Assembly: GCA_900088475.1 (NCBI GenBank)
Contig: FLMG01004137.1
Coordinates: 114,337-178,336, forward strand
Direction of reading: 5' to 3'
Source: Hyphochytrium catenoides
Lineage: Eukaryota; Protista; Hyphochytriomycota
DNA length: 64,000 nucleotides
Part shown: positions 41,172 to 61,882 of the stretch, piece after piece
Numbering within the stretch: the stretch's first letter is position 1
Layout: each line of letters begins with the position of its first letter
Position numbers and translations under genes: made by a program
Notes under the pieces: model-generated
What the model was told of the DNA's origin: nothing
The model's database searches: none
The model's input: only the letters and a program-made list of their open reading frames with translations

Positions 41172-41673
41172 GCAAGGTGTGCCCTATACAAGGTGTTGAA
41201 GATGGAGAAATATCCGGTACTCCATAATTCCTTCAAGAGTACTCTCAGGAGGTCGCCCTGTGAGCTCAAAGTGTGAAACGATAGGGATCCACGCCAGCTC
41301 TAATGCAAGCTTCTGTTCGTATCCTCGTTTTGTGGGTTCGTGTATCCGGAGGAAGTCCTTGCACTCCGTTGGGGCAAGATAAACGCATAATTGAATTTCG
41401 TCTCGCTGTCTTTACTTGGCAGCACTTTCTTGTGATACGTAACCTAGCAATTCATCGTCTCTTTGGAATGAAGCGTAAGCTGGGACATGGGATGGATCGG
41501 GAGAAGGTGGAAAAATATAGAAAGGGCAAAGCGTTCTTTACATTAAGGTTGCTGTATAGCCAGTAAAGGCGACATGATGCATGCACGTTTCCCCGCTCGG
41601 CTGGCAGGCACCTTAGGTCACCGTTATAAAATTTTGAAAAAGCGCTTCCTCCTCATAGATCGCGATAAGGCTC

Positions 41674-44196
41674 TTATGGTGTGGCTAGGAAAGCCACCTT
41701 AGTGATGGTCGCTCCAATATCCGTAACGCCCCCGTCACTAGTGAAGGCGATCTCCAGCTCCATAGTCGTGTCAAGATGCGCAGAAAGATCCAATTCCACC
41801 TTTTTTGCACCCGCTTTCCCGGTGTCCCTGACATAGAGCACCTCGCCTCTACTGCTACGACCAACAATGGTGACAAAGTCAAAGTCCTTCTCCGTTTGTA
41901 TCATAGCGAATTCAATTGTTGCCGTTGCAGAAGTCTTTCCTCTAAGATCTAGAAAAAAGGAGACGGAGCTGGAGACATTGTCCACGTATTGTTTGCCATC
42001 ACCGACCACGAGCTTTCGCTGTCCAGTCTCGTTCTGTAGTGTCCATCCGTTCCTTTCTTCTCCCTCGGTATAGACTGCCACTCCGCTGCTCAGGTCGAAA
42101 TTCCATACTCCGAAGGGAACAAAGCTCATCGGAATCAACTTTAGCAGTCTGGTGGTGGAGAGCTCCAACTTGCTTCCTGAAGAATAAGCCTGAATGCCGA
42201 TGGTGACCAAACGGGGCTTAACCAAGCTGCGTTGAAGTATAAAGGAAAGGTCCAATGGTCTCTTCTGCAGGGAGAAAGATGTAATTGTGCTTTCACCAGA
42301 TGCAACCCCGTCGATACTGTAGGTAACCTTAGATATTGCCCTCGCCACAGCCTTAAGAGTGACGTTGAGGTTAGAGGTGGGACCCTGTTCTAATATATTC
42401 ACGGGGATACGTGGCCTCCTGTCTAAGATAGCGAAATATGCTTGAAAATTAACTTTTTGAGCCCTGAGGTCAGCTGTGATGGCGTCTAGCTGCGAGCTGG
42501 TGACTCCCAGGATATCTTCCCTTGTGGGTCTTGCTCTGCGATCAGCTTGAACGCCTCTATCTTCTATCAAAAAGCCCTCATATTTTGCTTGACGGATGAC
42601 TTGCCGGTATCCTACTCGCATCGACTGTCCTCCCGGCAGGGGCTTGAATTCTGGGAGGGTAGAGTTAACAAAGTACGCAGTATCGACGACGTTGGCACCT
42701 CCCGCTCCCGTCAGTAGGTCCTCGTTCCATATCGTCGCGAAGCCGACGTCCTGCATGGTGCCCGTAAAAATATCACAGGCTGAGTAGCATTCAGCGTTTG
42801 TAAGAATGGCCACGGGTCCAAAATATGCCCTTCCCAAGAGATTGACCTCTTCAAAAGTAGAGAATGACCCTGTGGCTGTGTACGTGCTTCCAGGCTTCGT
42901 ATTCTCGTAAGCCTTGATCCACGTGCTCTGATTAGTTGCCCTAAAGATTCTTCCATTTAGATCTTTATTGAGAGCTCGGAAAGAAGCTGGCTTGACGGGG
43001 CCCGGGCCAAACAACTGCGGCAACCCATCTGCAATTGTGGCAAGGCCACCGCCATTACTTCTCACGTCCAAGATAAGGCCATCAGTCTCGTTGAAGGTGT
43101 CCGAGAGAAGGCCTTGAAAGATGCGAAAAATATCTGAAGGCTGGTTTGTGCTGTTGGCGGGCACAAAGCTGGAATAGACTATGTATCCAAACTTCCCACT
43201 CTTATTCTCAATGACCCCGTAACGCACAGTTGCATCGTTGCTATTGGTAAGAGGAGGGAAAGCGCCAGTTGCTTCTTGGCGTTCAGCGTCTACGCCAAAG
43301 AAAGACGTGAACTCAAGCTGCAAAAGGTCAACTGAGAGGACACTCTGATCTTTGTATAGGGAAAGTGATGACAAGAGGTCTTTGGTTGGCAATACCCTCG
43401 CTGACTGACGACAAGTAGGTCTGATGGTGACCAGCCAAGGGAGTTTTACCGAGTATGTGGTCTTGTTCGGACGTTGTAGGTTTAACGTGACTGAGTCCAT
43501 GGTAGGAACAAGGGTCTGCGTCTGTCCGCGAAGGGTGAGCCGCCCCAAGACCCTACGGAAGCCTGCAAAGTTGTTTGATCCGGCTCCTAAACTTCCTGGC
43601 AGCGTCTTACCTAGTTCATCAATGGTCTTCCCATCGTATGAAAGGACTAGGTCACCCACACGTAGTTGAGAGATTTCAGGTACAAGTGACACGGCGGTAG
43701 CCCTGATGGAGTCAATGACAGCTACCCGCTCCGTGCTAGGGCTGTAGACCTCCTTGATTGTCAGAGGCAGAAAGGAAGTGAAGCAACTATATGGCTGAGG
43801 AAGAATATAATTGGTGTGCAGGTCGCGAAGAGAGGCGAAGAGGGAGACCATGGAAACGTGAAAGGCTTCATCTGTCATTTTCTCGGCTTCTTGGACAATC
43901 TTGGCAATTTTTGGAACAGGATCCACGTCCTCGCCATAGAAAGTCATCTTTGATTCGCGGTTCACGAAGACATCCATCATCAGCTGCGCCTGCTGGGCGA
44001 CAAGGAGGCGCTGCTCAGGGGTGTAGGAAGGGAATGTTATCTGGTCTCGGATGTCCTTTAGGAGGGCTATGTTTGAGGGCGGGGTTTGTGTTTGAAGAGA
44101 CCTGGAATGGTCTCTCAACATCATAGGCGACCACGCTGCACATGCAAGATGTTGCCATAGCGCAAGCGCCACCAGAACGAAGAAAGCTAATCTCAT
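41674..44196 (-). CDS. Secreted S41 family serine peptidase (CPAF/tail-specific protease-like) with PDZ-like and C-terminal beta domains, intronless
   Basis: Signal peptide MRLAFFVLVALALWQHLACA. Motifs LRDLHT (His), LILDVRSNGGG, ILTNAECYSACDIF (Ser nucleophile), TGAGGANV, IEDRGVQAD. One uninterrupted ORF of about 840 aa. Confidence 0.88.
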   Translation of the reverse strand: MRLAFFVLVALALWQHLACAAWSPMMLRDHSRSLQTQTPPSNIALLKDIRDQITFPSYTPEQRLLVAQQAQLMMDVFVNRESKMTFYGEDVDPVPKIAKIVQEAEKMTDEAFHVSMVSLFASLRDLHTNYILPQPYSCFTSFLPLTIKEVYSPSTERVAVIDSIRATAVSLVPEISQLRVGDLVLSYDGKTIDELGKTLPGSLGAGSNNFAGFRRVLGRLTLRGQTQTLVPTMDSVTLNLQRPNKTTYSVKLPWLVTIRPTCRQSARVLPTKDLLSSLSLYKDQSVLSVDLLQLEFTSFFGVDAERQEATGAFPPLTNSNDATVRYGVIENKSGKFGYIVYSSFVPANSTNQPSDIFRIFQGLLSDTFNETDGLILDVRSNGGGLATIADGLPQLFGPGPVKPASFRALNKDLNGRIFRATNQSTWIKAYENTKPGSTYTATGSFSTFEEVNLLGRAYFGPVAILTNAECYSACDIFTGTMQDVGFATIWNEDLLTGAGGANVVDTAYFVNSTLPEFKPLPGGQSMRVGYRQVIRQAKYEGFLIEDRGVQADRRARPTREDILGVTSSQLDAITADLRAQKVNFQAYFAILDRRPRIPVNILEQGPTSNLNVTLKAVARAISKVTYSIDGVASGESTITSFSLQKRPLDLSFILQRSLVKPRLVTIGIQAYSSGSKLELSTTRLLKLIPMSFVPFGVWNFDLSSGVAVYTEGEERNGWTLQNETGQRKLVVGDGKQYVDNVSSSVSFFLDLRGKTSATATIEFAMIQTEKDFDFVTIVGRSSRGEVLYVRDTGKAGAKKVELDLSAHLDTTMELEIAFTSDGGVTDIGATITKVAFLATP

Positions 44197-45881
44197 TTTT
44201 ACCAAGTCGGGAGACTGAAAGATAACTTAGGTAATTCGTTACTGTGTCAGCGCTCAGCGAAGGCGGCAGGATTCAAATCCAGCAGCGCCACGCGACGAGC
44301 TGGACTGCGCAATTTGTACTATGACGATGAGAGTGTAGGATGATGTGAAAGTAAGCTCAACACAATGAGGAAGGTTCGGTACGCCGTACTGTAGACGGTC
44401 CAGGCGGGACTGCACAGTCTCGGCCATCAGGAGTGCAAGGACTTATTCCAAAGAAAAGACGAAGTCTACGGGAGTGACAAGGCCACGACAGAATAAAAGT
44501 TGCCGCCGCAGCCACATCTACATTCTTAGCCGAGATTGCGGGACTTGGAGGACGGAAGGAGACGGGAGGAGAGGTACTCCCTTCCGTTTCTGTACGGTCC
44601 AATAGCCCAGGAGCTGATGATGGAGTACAATGTTGGCCAGATCACTGCTAAGCATGGGCTCTACTAACTATTCTCCTAATCGGATCGTCTCCTCCCAAAG
44701 CAGAGAAGGTAGAAGAAACAGGTAGGCAAACCAACAACCGAGGCTGAGTAGACCGCCGTCTGTTCCTGTAGAAGCATCATGATAGTTCCTGCTTCCTGCC
44801 CTCACACCGTGATGGGAGGGAGATCTACTTTTTTATATTTCGACCTCAATAGCTCAAGAGTTTATCAAGTGTGGGAAGAGACACATCTTCCGCCAGCACA
44901 TCCTCTCTCTGGCTGTGAATAAACTTCGTGGACATCGCTGTGGAAGATTGCCGATGTCACCTCAGAAAAAATGTACACAGATAGTTCTAGATAGATCTAG
45001 AACTTAGAACCATAGAACTCCCATCGCTAAAAGTAGGGGTCTCGACAGCTGTGGCTATCTTTGACTTATAGGAGTTATTAGGTGTACATACAGCTCTCTA
45101 CTAGTTCTACTGGTAGTTCAAAGCATTCATTTTCCATAATAAGTAGCTCTAATTACACTCTTGGCGTGGTTGGAGCTGATGAGGAAAGAGGGAAGAAGAA
45201 AGAGGCGTTACTACTCCTGCCTGCTAAGCCTTAGATCAAAGGAACAAAAAGCAGTTGATAAGACGCAGAAGCTCTTCCAGTAGAACTACTGCTCCTCCGT
45301 TCTTCTACTGATTGTGAATGTTTGCTTTGTTCCAGAGGGAGAAACAACAACCAGGAGGAGGTTTATATACCTTTACTTTCTGCCTGCTTCCTCCTCTTCG
45401 TACTTACTACGTGTGCACCATAATAGTAATAAGTAGCCAGTAGTTCTGAGTACTTCCTTGTACTGGTACAACCACCGCGCGCAGAGAGAGTATAAGAGAG
45501 CGGATAAGAAAGGCTAAAGATTTATACGGAGTAAACAAGATCATGACACCAGAATTGTTGAGGAGTTAGTGCTCTTCTTCTAGCCTCTTGTTGGATACTC
45601 CGTACATCATAGCTTCCTCTCTTCTATCCACACTGCTGTGCGTTTTGATGGAGCTGCGGTGGAGTAGAACTCGAGGAAATAGTTCCCCTAGTAATGCAGA
45701 CATGGTGCACCTACTCTAATAAGACTTATTAGGCTTGCGACGCAGCCAGGCATGCAATTCTATGATGCTCGCTGTGTGGTGGCTGCAAGAAATGAACAAG
45801 GGTTGAACTACTAGGACACTTGTTCTACTGGTACAAATAAGCCTTACCTGGCCTTTCTCCTGCTGGGCCTACTAATGATTT

Positions 45882-46143
45882 GTACTTTTATTTCCTAGTT
45901 CTTTGGGGAAACTAATAGTTGGAGTGAGTAAACTACTCCGAGACTTTATGCAGCTAACATAGACTCACCACCTCTAGTTCTCTCTACGACCTCCAGCAAC
46001 AGCTCTTGTACGAGTACTCACCTGTTGCAGGAGGTCTTCTGTAGTAGTAGTAGACAGAAGTGGTAAGTCTATGTTACCTGCATAAAGTCTACCAGTAGTT
46101 CAAGTACTCAATTATTAGGCTTCCTTTTTTATAATAAAAGTAC
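45882..46143. repeat. Imperfect long inverted repeat (foldback hairpin)
   Basis: 45931-45975 matches the reverse complement of 46056-46100 at 39/45. 45988-46002 matches 46022-46036 at 14/15. Outer gtacttttatt/aataaaagtac pair. Confidence 0.85.
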
Positions 46144-46710
46144 TCAGGAGGAACTCAACTGCTCGAGTTGTAGAGGATGACTCAGTAATCTGATCCTTTG
46201 ATGCAAGCGATAATCAAAGCCTAACGTGCTCAGTAGTTCAGTTCTGTGAAGTTTTTCAGAGCATAAAATAAGGAAGGAAGGACAACAACACAATCGCAGC
46301 AGGGCTTGATAGTCCGTAGGAGAGAAAGGTTCTGAAAGGCAAAAGAAAGGCACTTTGTTGTATGAGAAAGATTATCTTCTTCGGGCAACTGGATTGTCGG
46401 TGGTATTGTCAGAGCTCTATCGAGACAACCTGTCCGTGCTTGGCGAAGCTTTCCATCTTCCTTTGCAGCCATATTGCCATCTGTCCTTCCTGGCCTTATT
46501 ATTAGAGCAGCCTTTGAAGCTACCTCTGTGTCAAACTCGAACATTGCTTCTCAACGCCTGACTCAGCACTTACAGAGAAGTGCGCGGTTCGTTGTTGGAG
46601 GAGGTGGTTAGCGAAACTCTTGCCATGTTGGTGGAGTCTGGCTATTGGGAGGACTGGCCTGAGGAGCCCTAGACAACCTGTGCGGTGCAGCAGTGGCTTC
46701 GTAGGGGAAA

Positions 46711-47637
46711 ATGTATTGGGACGAACGGCCTTATGATCCCCGGTACTGCTTTGTGGTGGAGAGGACGGGAAGCCATTCTGTTAAAATCAGGAAGCTTGCT
46801 TCGGGCCAGGATCAACCTTACTTTGGATACCCGCCGTCAAGGGCAGCTGCAACTTCCGTGCCTGTCGTTCCACCAAATGAACCACTTCTACTGCGTGGCT
46901 TTACGGATCCAGCTTTCGGTCTAGCTCCAAGGTTGAACATTGAGGCTAGTGACCAGCCTCCTCCGCCGAAGCTTGGTAGCCACACTGACGATCCGCCCCC
47001 GTGCCGGCCCCCACTGCTTGGGAAGATGAACTCTCTGGCCGGAGGCGGACTGGGTGGCGTAGCAGGACCAGTACCCAGCATTCTTGGGGAAATCAAATGG
47101 GAAAAGTCTTTGACCGGGTTTTTCAGCAACACCTCACTGGATGCTTACATAAAAACCGAGGCAAGTAAGATGGCCACATGGCAGGCCAAGCTCATCTTAA
47201 GAATTGCCTCGTACTTAAAACCCAAGGAGAAAGCACTCTACATGATGGCCTGCAGAAAGTTCTACACTCTACTATCGAGTGCTGGAATAGGGATATCGAA
47301 GCCATCAGTGCTTGGCTTGTCAGGAGCTATTGGTGATGCTCCATTACCTTCACTCGTCATGAACCCATCTTCGTCATTATCTAAAGGGAACGAATCAACC
47401 ACCTTGCAAGTAGCGAAGAAAGATACATTTGTCTTCGCCGCTCCCGGCGCTTTATCGAACCCACTGGATGGGCCGCCGCCACCTATGAGGCCCAGTTTCT
47501 CCATCTCGAGTACAGATTCAGATCTTCCGCCAAAGAGTAGCCCCGTACTTCAGACTCAGCATTCATTACTTGGGGGTGGAATCAAGCAGCAACCGCGCAA
47601 ATTGGACCTACGGCAATTCACATGGAGCAGGAGGTGA
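46711..47637 (+). CDS. Proline/serine-rich hypothetical protein with a possible F-box-like motif
   Basis: 308-aa ORF. QAKLILRIASYLKPKEKALYMMACRKFY resembles the F-box consensus. May have upstream exons. Confidence 0.5.
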   Translation: MYWDERPYDPRYCFVVERTGSHSVKIRKLASGQDQPYFGYPPSRAAATSVPVVPPNEPLLLRGFTDPAFGLAPRLNIEASDQPPPPKLGSHTDDPPPCRPPLLGKMNSLAGGGLGGVAGPVPSILGEIKWEKSLTGFFSNTSLDAYIKTEASKMATWQAKLILRIASYLKPKEKALYMMACRKFYTLLSSAGIGISKPSVLGLSGAIGDAPLPSLVMNPSSSLSKGNESTTLQVAKKDTFVFAAPGALSNPLDGPPPPMRPSFSISSTDSDLPPKSSPVLQTQHSLLGGGIKQQPRKLDLRQFTWSRR

Positions 47638-47685
47638 TACTCTTCCGTTTAGAGAGTCCTAGACAGACACTATAACACGTTGATC

Positions 47686-49334
47686 TTAGTGTCTATAAAA
47701 AGACTCTTCCTCAGTACTTATAAGCTCATAGCCTGGTATTCCTTCAAGGATACTGCGGCAGGGAGATAATGAACGTATGATGAAGTCCTTCAAGGTTTGA
47801 CTATGCAGCATAAGGCTGCCGAGTCGCACCCACCACGTCCACTCCCGGTTAACAGCCACATGGACTTCTGAGCGTGAAGACGGGTAACTTGCAGGACTAT
47901 AGCCCATCTCTTGCGCTTGCACCAAAACTGAGCAAAAATACCTAGACCAAGGGGCCAGGCGGTTATTACAAGCTTCTCAGGTAGAAACAAGTGTCTCCTA
48001 CTGAGAGTCGTACCTAGCAGCCAGCTTTAGAGAGACATCGCACACTAGGGCAAGCAGCCGAGGGTGCAGAGTCCATAACCTCCATCTGCATAGCGGTATA
48101 TTGAGTGCCTTTTATAGCTTGACTATACTATTATGTAGGTCTGCTTACCCGAAGGAGGATTCTTGCTTCAATGTGTCTTCCAAATGTTGAATCAAACACT
48201 TCTCCACGCGTTGGGTGCAATCGCATGCCGGATTCTCGCACGAGTGGGTTCTCACCTCCACCAGTGTCAGGCAAAGAATCTCCTGACAGGGCCAACACAG
48301 CAAACAGGGTCAGCTGAACCTACTTGCGGTGCCTCAGAGTTAGGGAACCTACCAGACAGTCATCATCCTCCTGGGCATGAGCAAACACCCGCCGCACTAG
48401 GTGTTCCACTTGACTGGCCGCGCTAACAGGGATGATGTCAGTTTTCTGGTCTTTATGCAAGAGACTCCTCAATCGCAATGTCACTGCGGCCGCATCTGTC
48501 CTTAGCCGGATGGTCTTGGACTCCAGCAAATAGCTGGGGAGGCTTGGTACATTCCAAGCCATACCGAAGGCTAGATAATGACAAGTTACGTGGGCCAGTC
48601 TTTATAACTTCGTAGACAATATGTAGGTCTCTATACCCGCCACCATCTCGCTACCGAGCTTTACGGCTAGCACTCGTGCTGCTTGAAGGTGATTAGAAGT
48701 CATGGATGAGGTTTGCACAGTTTCGGCAATATCTTGTGCCAGCTTCTGCCGGCTATGGCCATTGCTGGTGGAAGGAGCCGTACTTGCAAGCTGCTCATAT
48801 TGACGTAAAACTGCCGCAAAAAAGACTGGGAAGTCCGGATGCGTTGCCACGAATCTGCTTTGAATGATCCCTCTGAGGAGCACCTCACGGCCTGGAAGAG
48901 CGAGATTAGCAAACTTGTTATATGGCTGCTTGGTAGTGGTGCCCTACTTTTGCGCAGATCGTCGCAGCTGACAGGGAGTCTTGGGGGGACAGTCTTCCGC
49001 TGTAAAGAAGCTTGTAGAGCTTGGTGGTATGCATCTCGGTCAAGAAGCCGCATTACCTTCAATATGTGCGACTTAGACAAGGAGGATTATAATGGGGTGA
49101 AACTATCACGCACATTCTCTATGTATTCCCCCCACCGCACGGCGTTGGCCAAACTCTGACCGTCCCAGCTGTGTAGCTCTTCTGTGAGGGCCGAGGACTT
49201 CATTCGCTCAAACTCGAGAACCTGAGTAGGTATAAGTTATCTGGTAGTGCTCAGTGAACGACCGCACTCTTTCTTACCTGGCCGGTAAACTCCTCCAGGC
49301 CAAGATTCCCTGCAGGCCATATGGCAGCGAACAT
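47686..49334 (-). CDS. FANCF-like protein (Fanconi anaemia core complex), multi-exon, 3' end uncertain
   Basis: Spliced N-terminus WPAGNLGLEEFTGQ|VLEFERMKSSALTEELHSWDGQSLANAVRWGEYIEN resembles the FANCF WD...A..W..Y/F motif, followed by helical exons. Confidence 0.45.
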
Positions 49335-49960
49335 CGGTCTCGACAGGTACTTAGTGGCGGTTCCGAAATGCTATCCTTTGCTCAAACGATTCCTCACTGC
49401 CCATTCCGCCCAAAAGATGGGGCCGTAAAGCCCATACTAGTCAGTGAATGACCTTCCCTTGCAAGCCTTCGTAATAAGGGATTAATATTCCCCTTCGCGC
49501 ACAGCCCATTGGCGCTTGATGAAAGCTCAAGTGCGATGATCACCAGCAGAAGGGAAGCAAGCATCCAATGTCCTGCAGATGGAGGATCAAAGTGGAACCA
49601 AACAGCTGTGCTGGGCGTGAGCTTCTGGACATGCCTCGTATATTAATGATACAGCGCAACGAAATTAGGGATGTGAACGATGTAGCTTAATTTCTCGCGG
49701 TACTGTGTGGGAGTTGGTGTGCTAATTCAGAATGGACTACTTTGCCGACTTTGGTTCTGATTGTTACTTGTCGCTTCGTTCTTCAGGTCGCCTCTCAACC
49801 TTCTCTGGGCCAGCGCTCAGCGACACTACCGACGACGGCCATCCTCTCACACTTCCAGAGCGCAGATAAAGGGCGGATCCGTTTCACTCTGCTGGTGATA
49901 GAGATGTCTGACAATTTCCAAAGAAGGTGAAGTTAAGGGGTAGGTTGAAACACTTTCAGG

Positions 49961-60655
<10,695 letters not shown>

Positions 60656-61372
60656 CACAGCTAGTGTCTTGACTGCGGCACTTGTGCGGTCTGCTCAGAG
60701 TTATGCTATTTATTACATTTGTCCGTAGAGGTTAAGAGTCTACGACGAAACTTTCTCTATAACCTTCCTCACCTATGAAACGCTGTAGATATGAGGAAAG
60801 ATCTCTGGCTTGCTTCTATTTATAAATGCAGCGAGTTAAAAAGTCACCCTATAAATAGAGCTGTGGAAACAGACGATATGTGAGAAGTGAATAGGTCGGC
60901 CCAATGATCTTCCTACCAAGAGGAGGCCCTTGCTCTGGCCAGTTTACCCCAAGTGTGCACCTTCGAGCGATACTGGTTGTAAGTTACCGTTTTTGGTGTG
61001 TGACCAGCCATCTCATTTTGACGCCAGAATAATGCAGACTTGTAAGAGGGTGACTTGTGTTCCAAGCCCTTGTGGTCTTTCTAACTCGGCTTATCTAGCA
61101 TTTGATCGCACGACTCCGCATAGAAGATTGCAGCCTGAGGAAAAGTCCCCAGAAATCGTATGCATGGGACTTCGTAGTTCTCAAGGCGAGAAACCAGAAA
61201 TTGGAAAGATCTGCATAGTGAGAGCACGACCTTCTCCTGTTGCGAAGCATAGAACTACTACTGCTTGGCTGGCGGGAGATGCCACTCGTGGACTTCTTGC
61301 TTTATCATAAGAAGGGAGGATCTTGTGGAGCTTTGAGGATCCTAATAACGCTTTCACCAAGGCTATCTCCCT

Positions 61373-61882
61373 CTTCTAGTGGGCCTGTGCGGCTTGATCA
61401 GTTTGGACCCGTCAGTTTGGCAAATACGTCTGCTAACGGTCACTAAAACTGACTGGGTAGTGGTGCAGCTTGATCAAAAACTGATCAAGTCAGTTGTGCT
61501 AGCGGCTAACGTACAATAAAACTGAGTCAAACTGAAAATCGAGAGCTCTCGTTTTTCAGTTTTGCAGACGGTTTGCCGACAGTTTTTCCTATGGCGAAAA
61601 CCAAGCCTACCCAACCACAAGATAAACCTGACCACCCATCCTGAGGCTGTTGTACTTGTATAAAATCGTTCGTATGTATCCCCATCATCCCATCCCTTTT
61701 GAACGGAAGTTCTGCCTAAAACTGACTGTCGATTTGAGGGGTCCCATTCAGATTGCTGGTGGAAGGCGTCAGAATGAGCCAAACTGGACGCCCAAAACAG
61801 GCTGTTAGCGGCACTTTTGATCAGTTTGTAGGCAGAAAGTGAGGGGCCTAAAACTGATCAAGCCGCACAGGCCCACTAGAAG
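61373..61882. mobile_element. Non-autonomous DNA transposon (MITE-like), about 510 bp
   Basis: Perfect 32-bp inverted repeat cttctagtgggcctgtgcggcttgatcagttt (61373-61404) and its reverse complement (61851-61882). Many internal AAACTGA/TCAGTTT repeats and no convincing coding capacity. Confidence 0.8.

Noticed and set aside
44575-44592. tactcccttccgtttc resembling a Stowaway terminal repeat
   Set aside because: Imperfect match and no convincing partner end downstream.
61474-61782. 102-aa minus ORF inside the MITE-like element
   Set aside because: No transposase motifs and runs through the repeated internal motifs.
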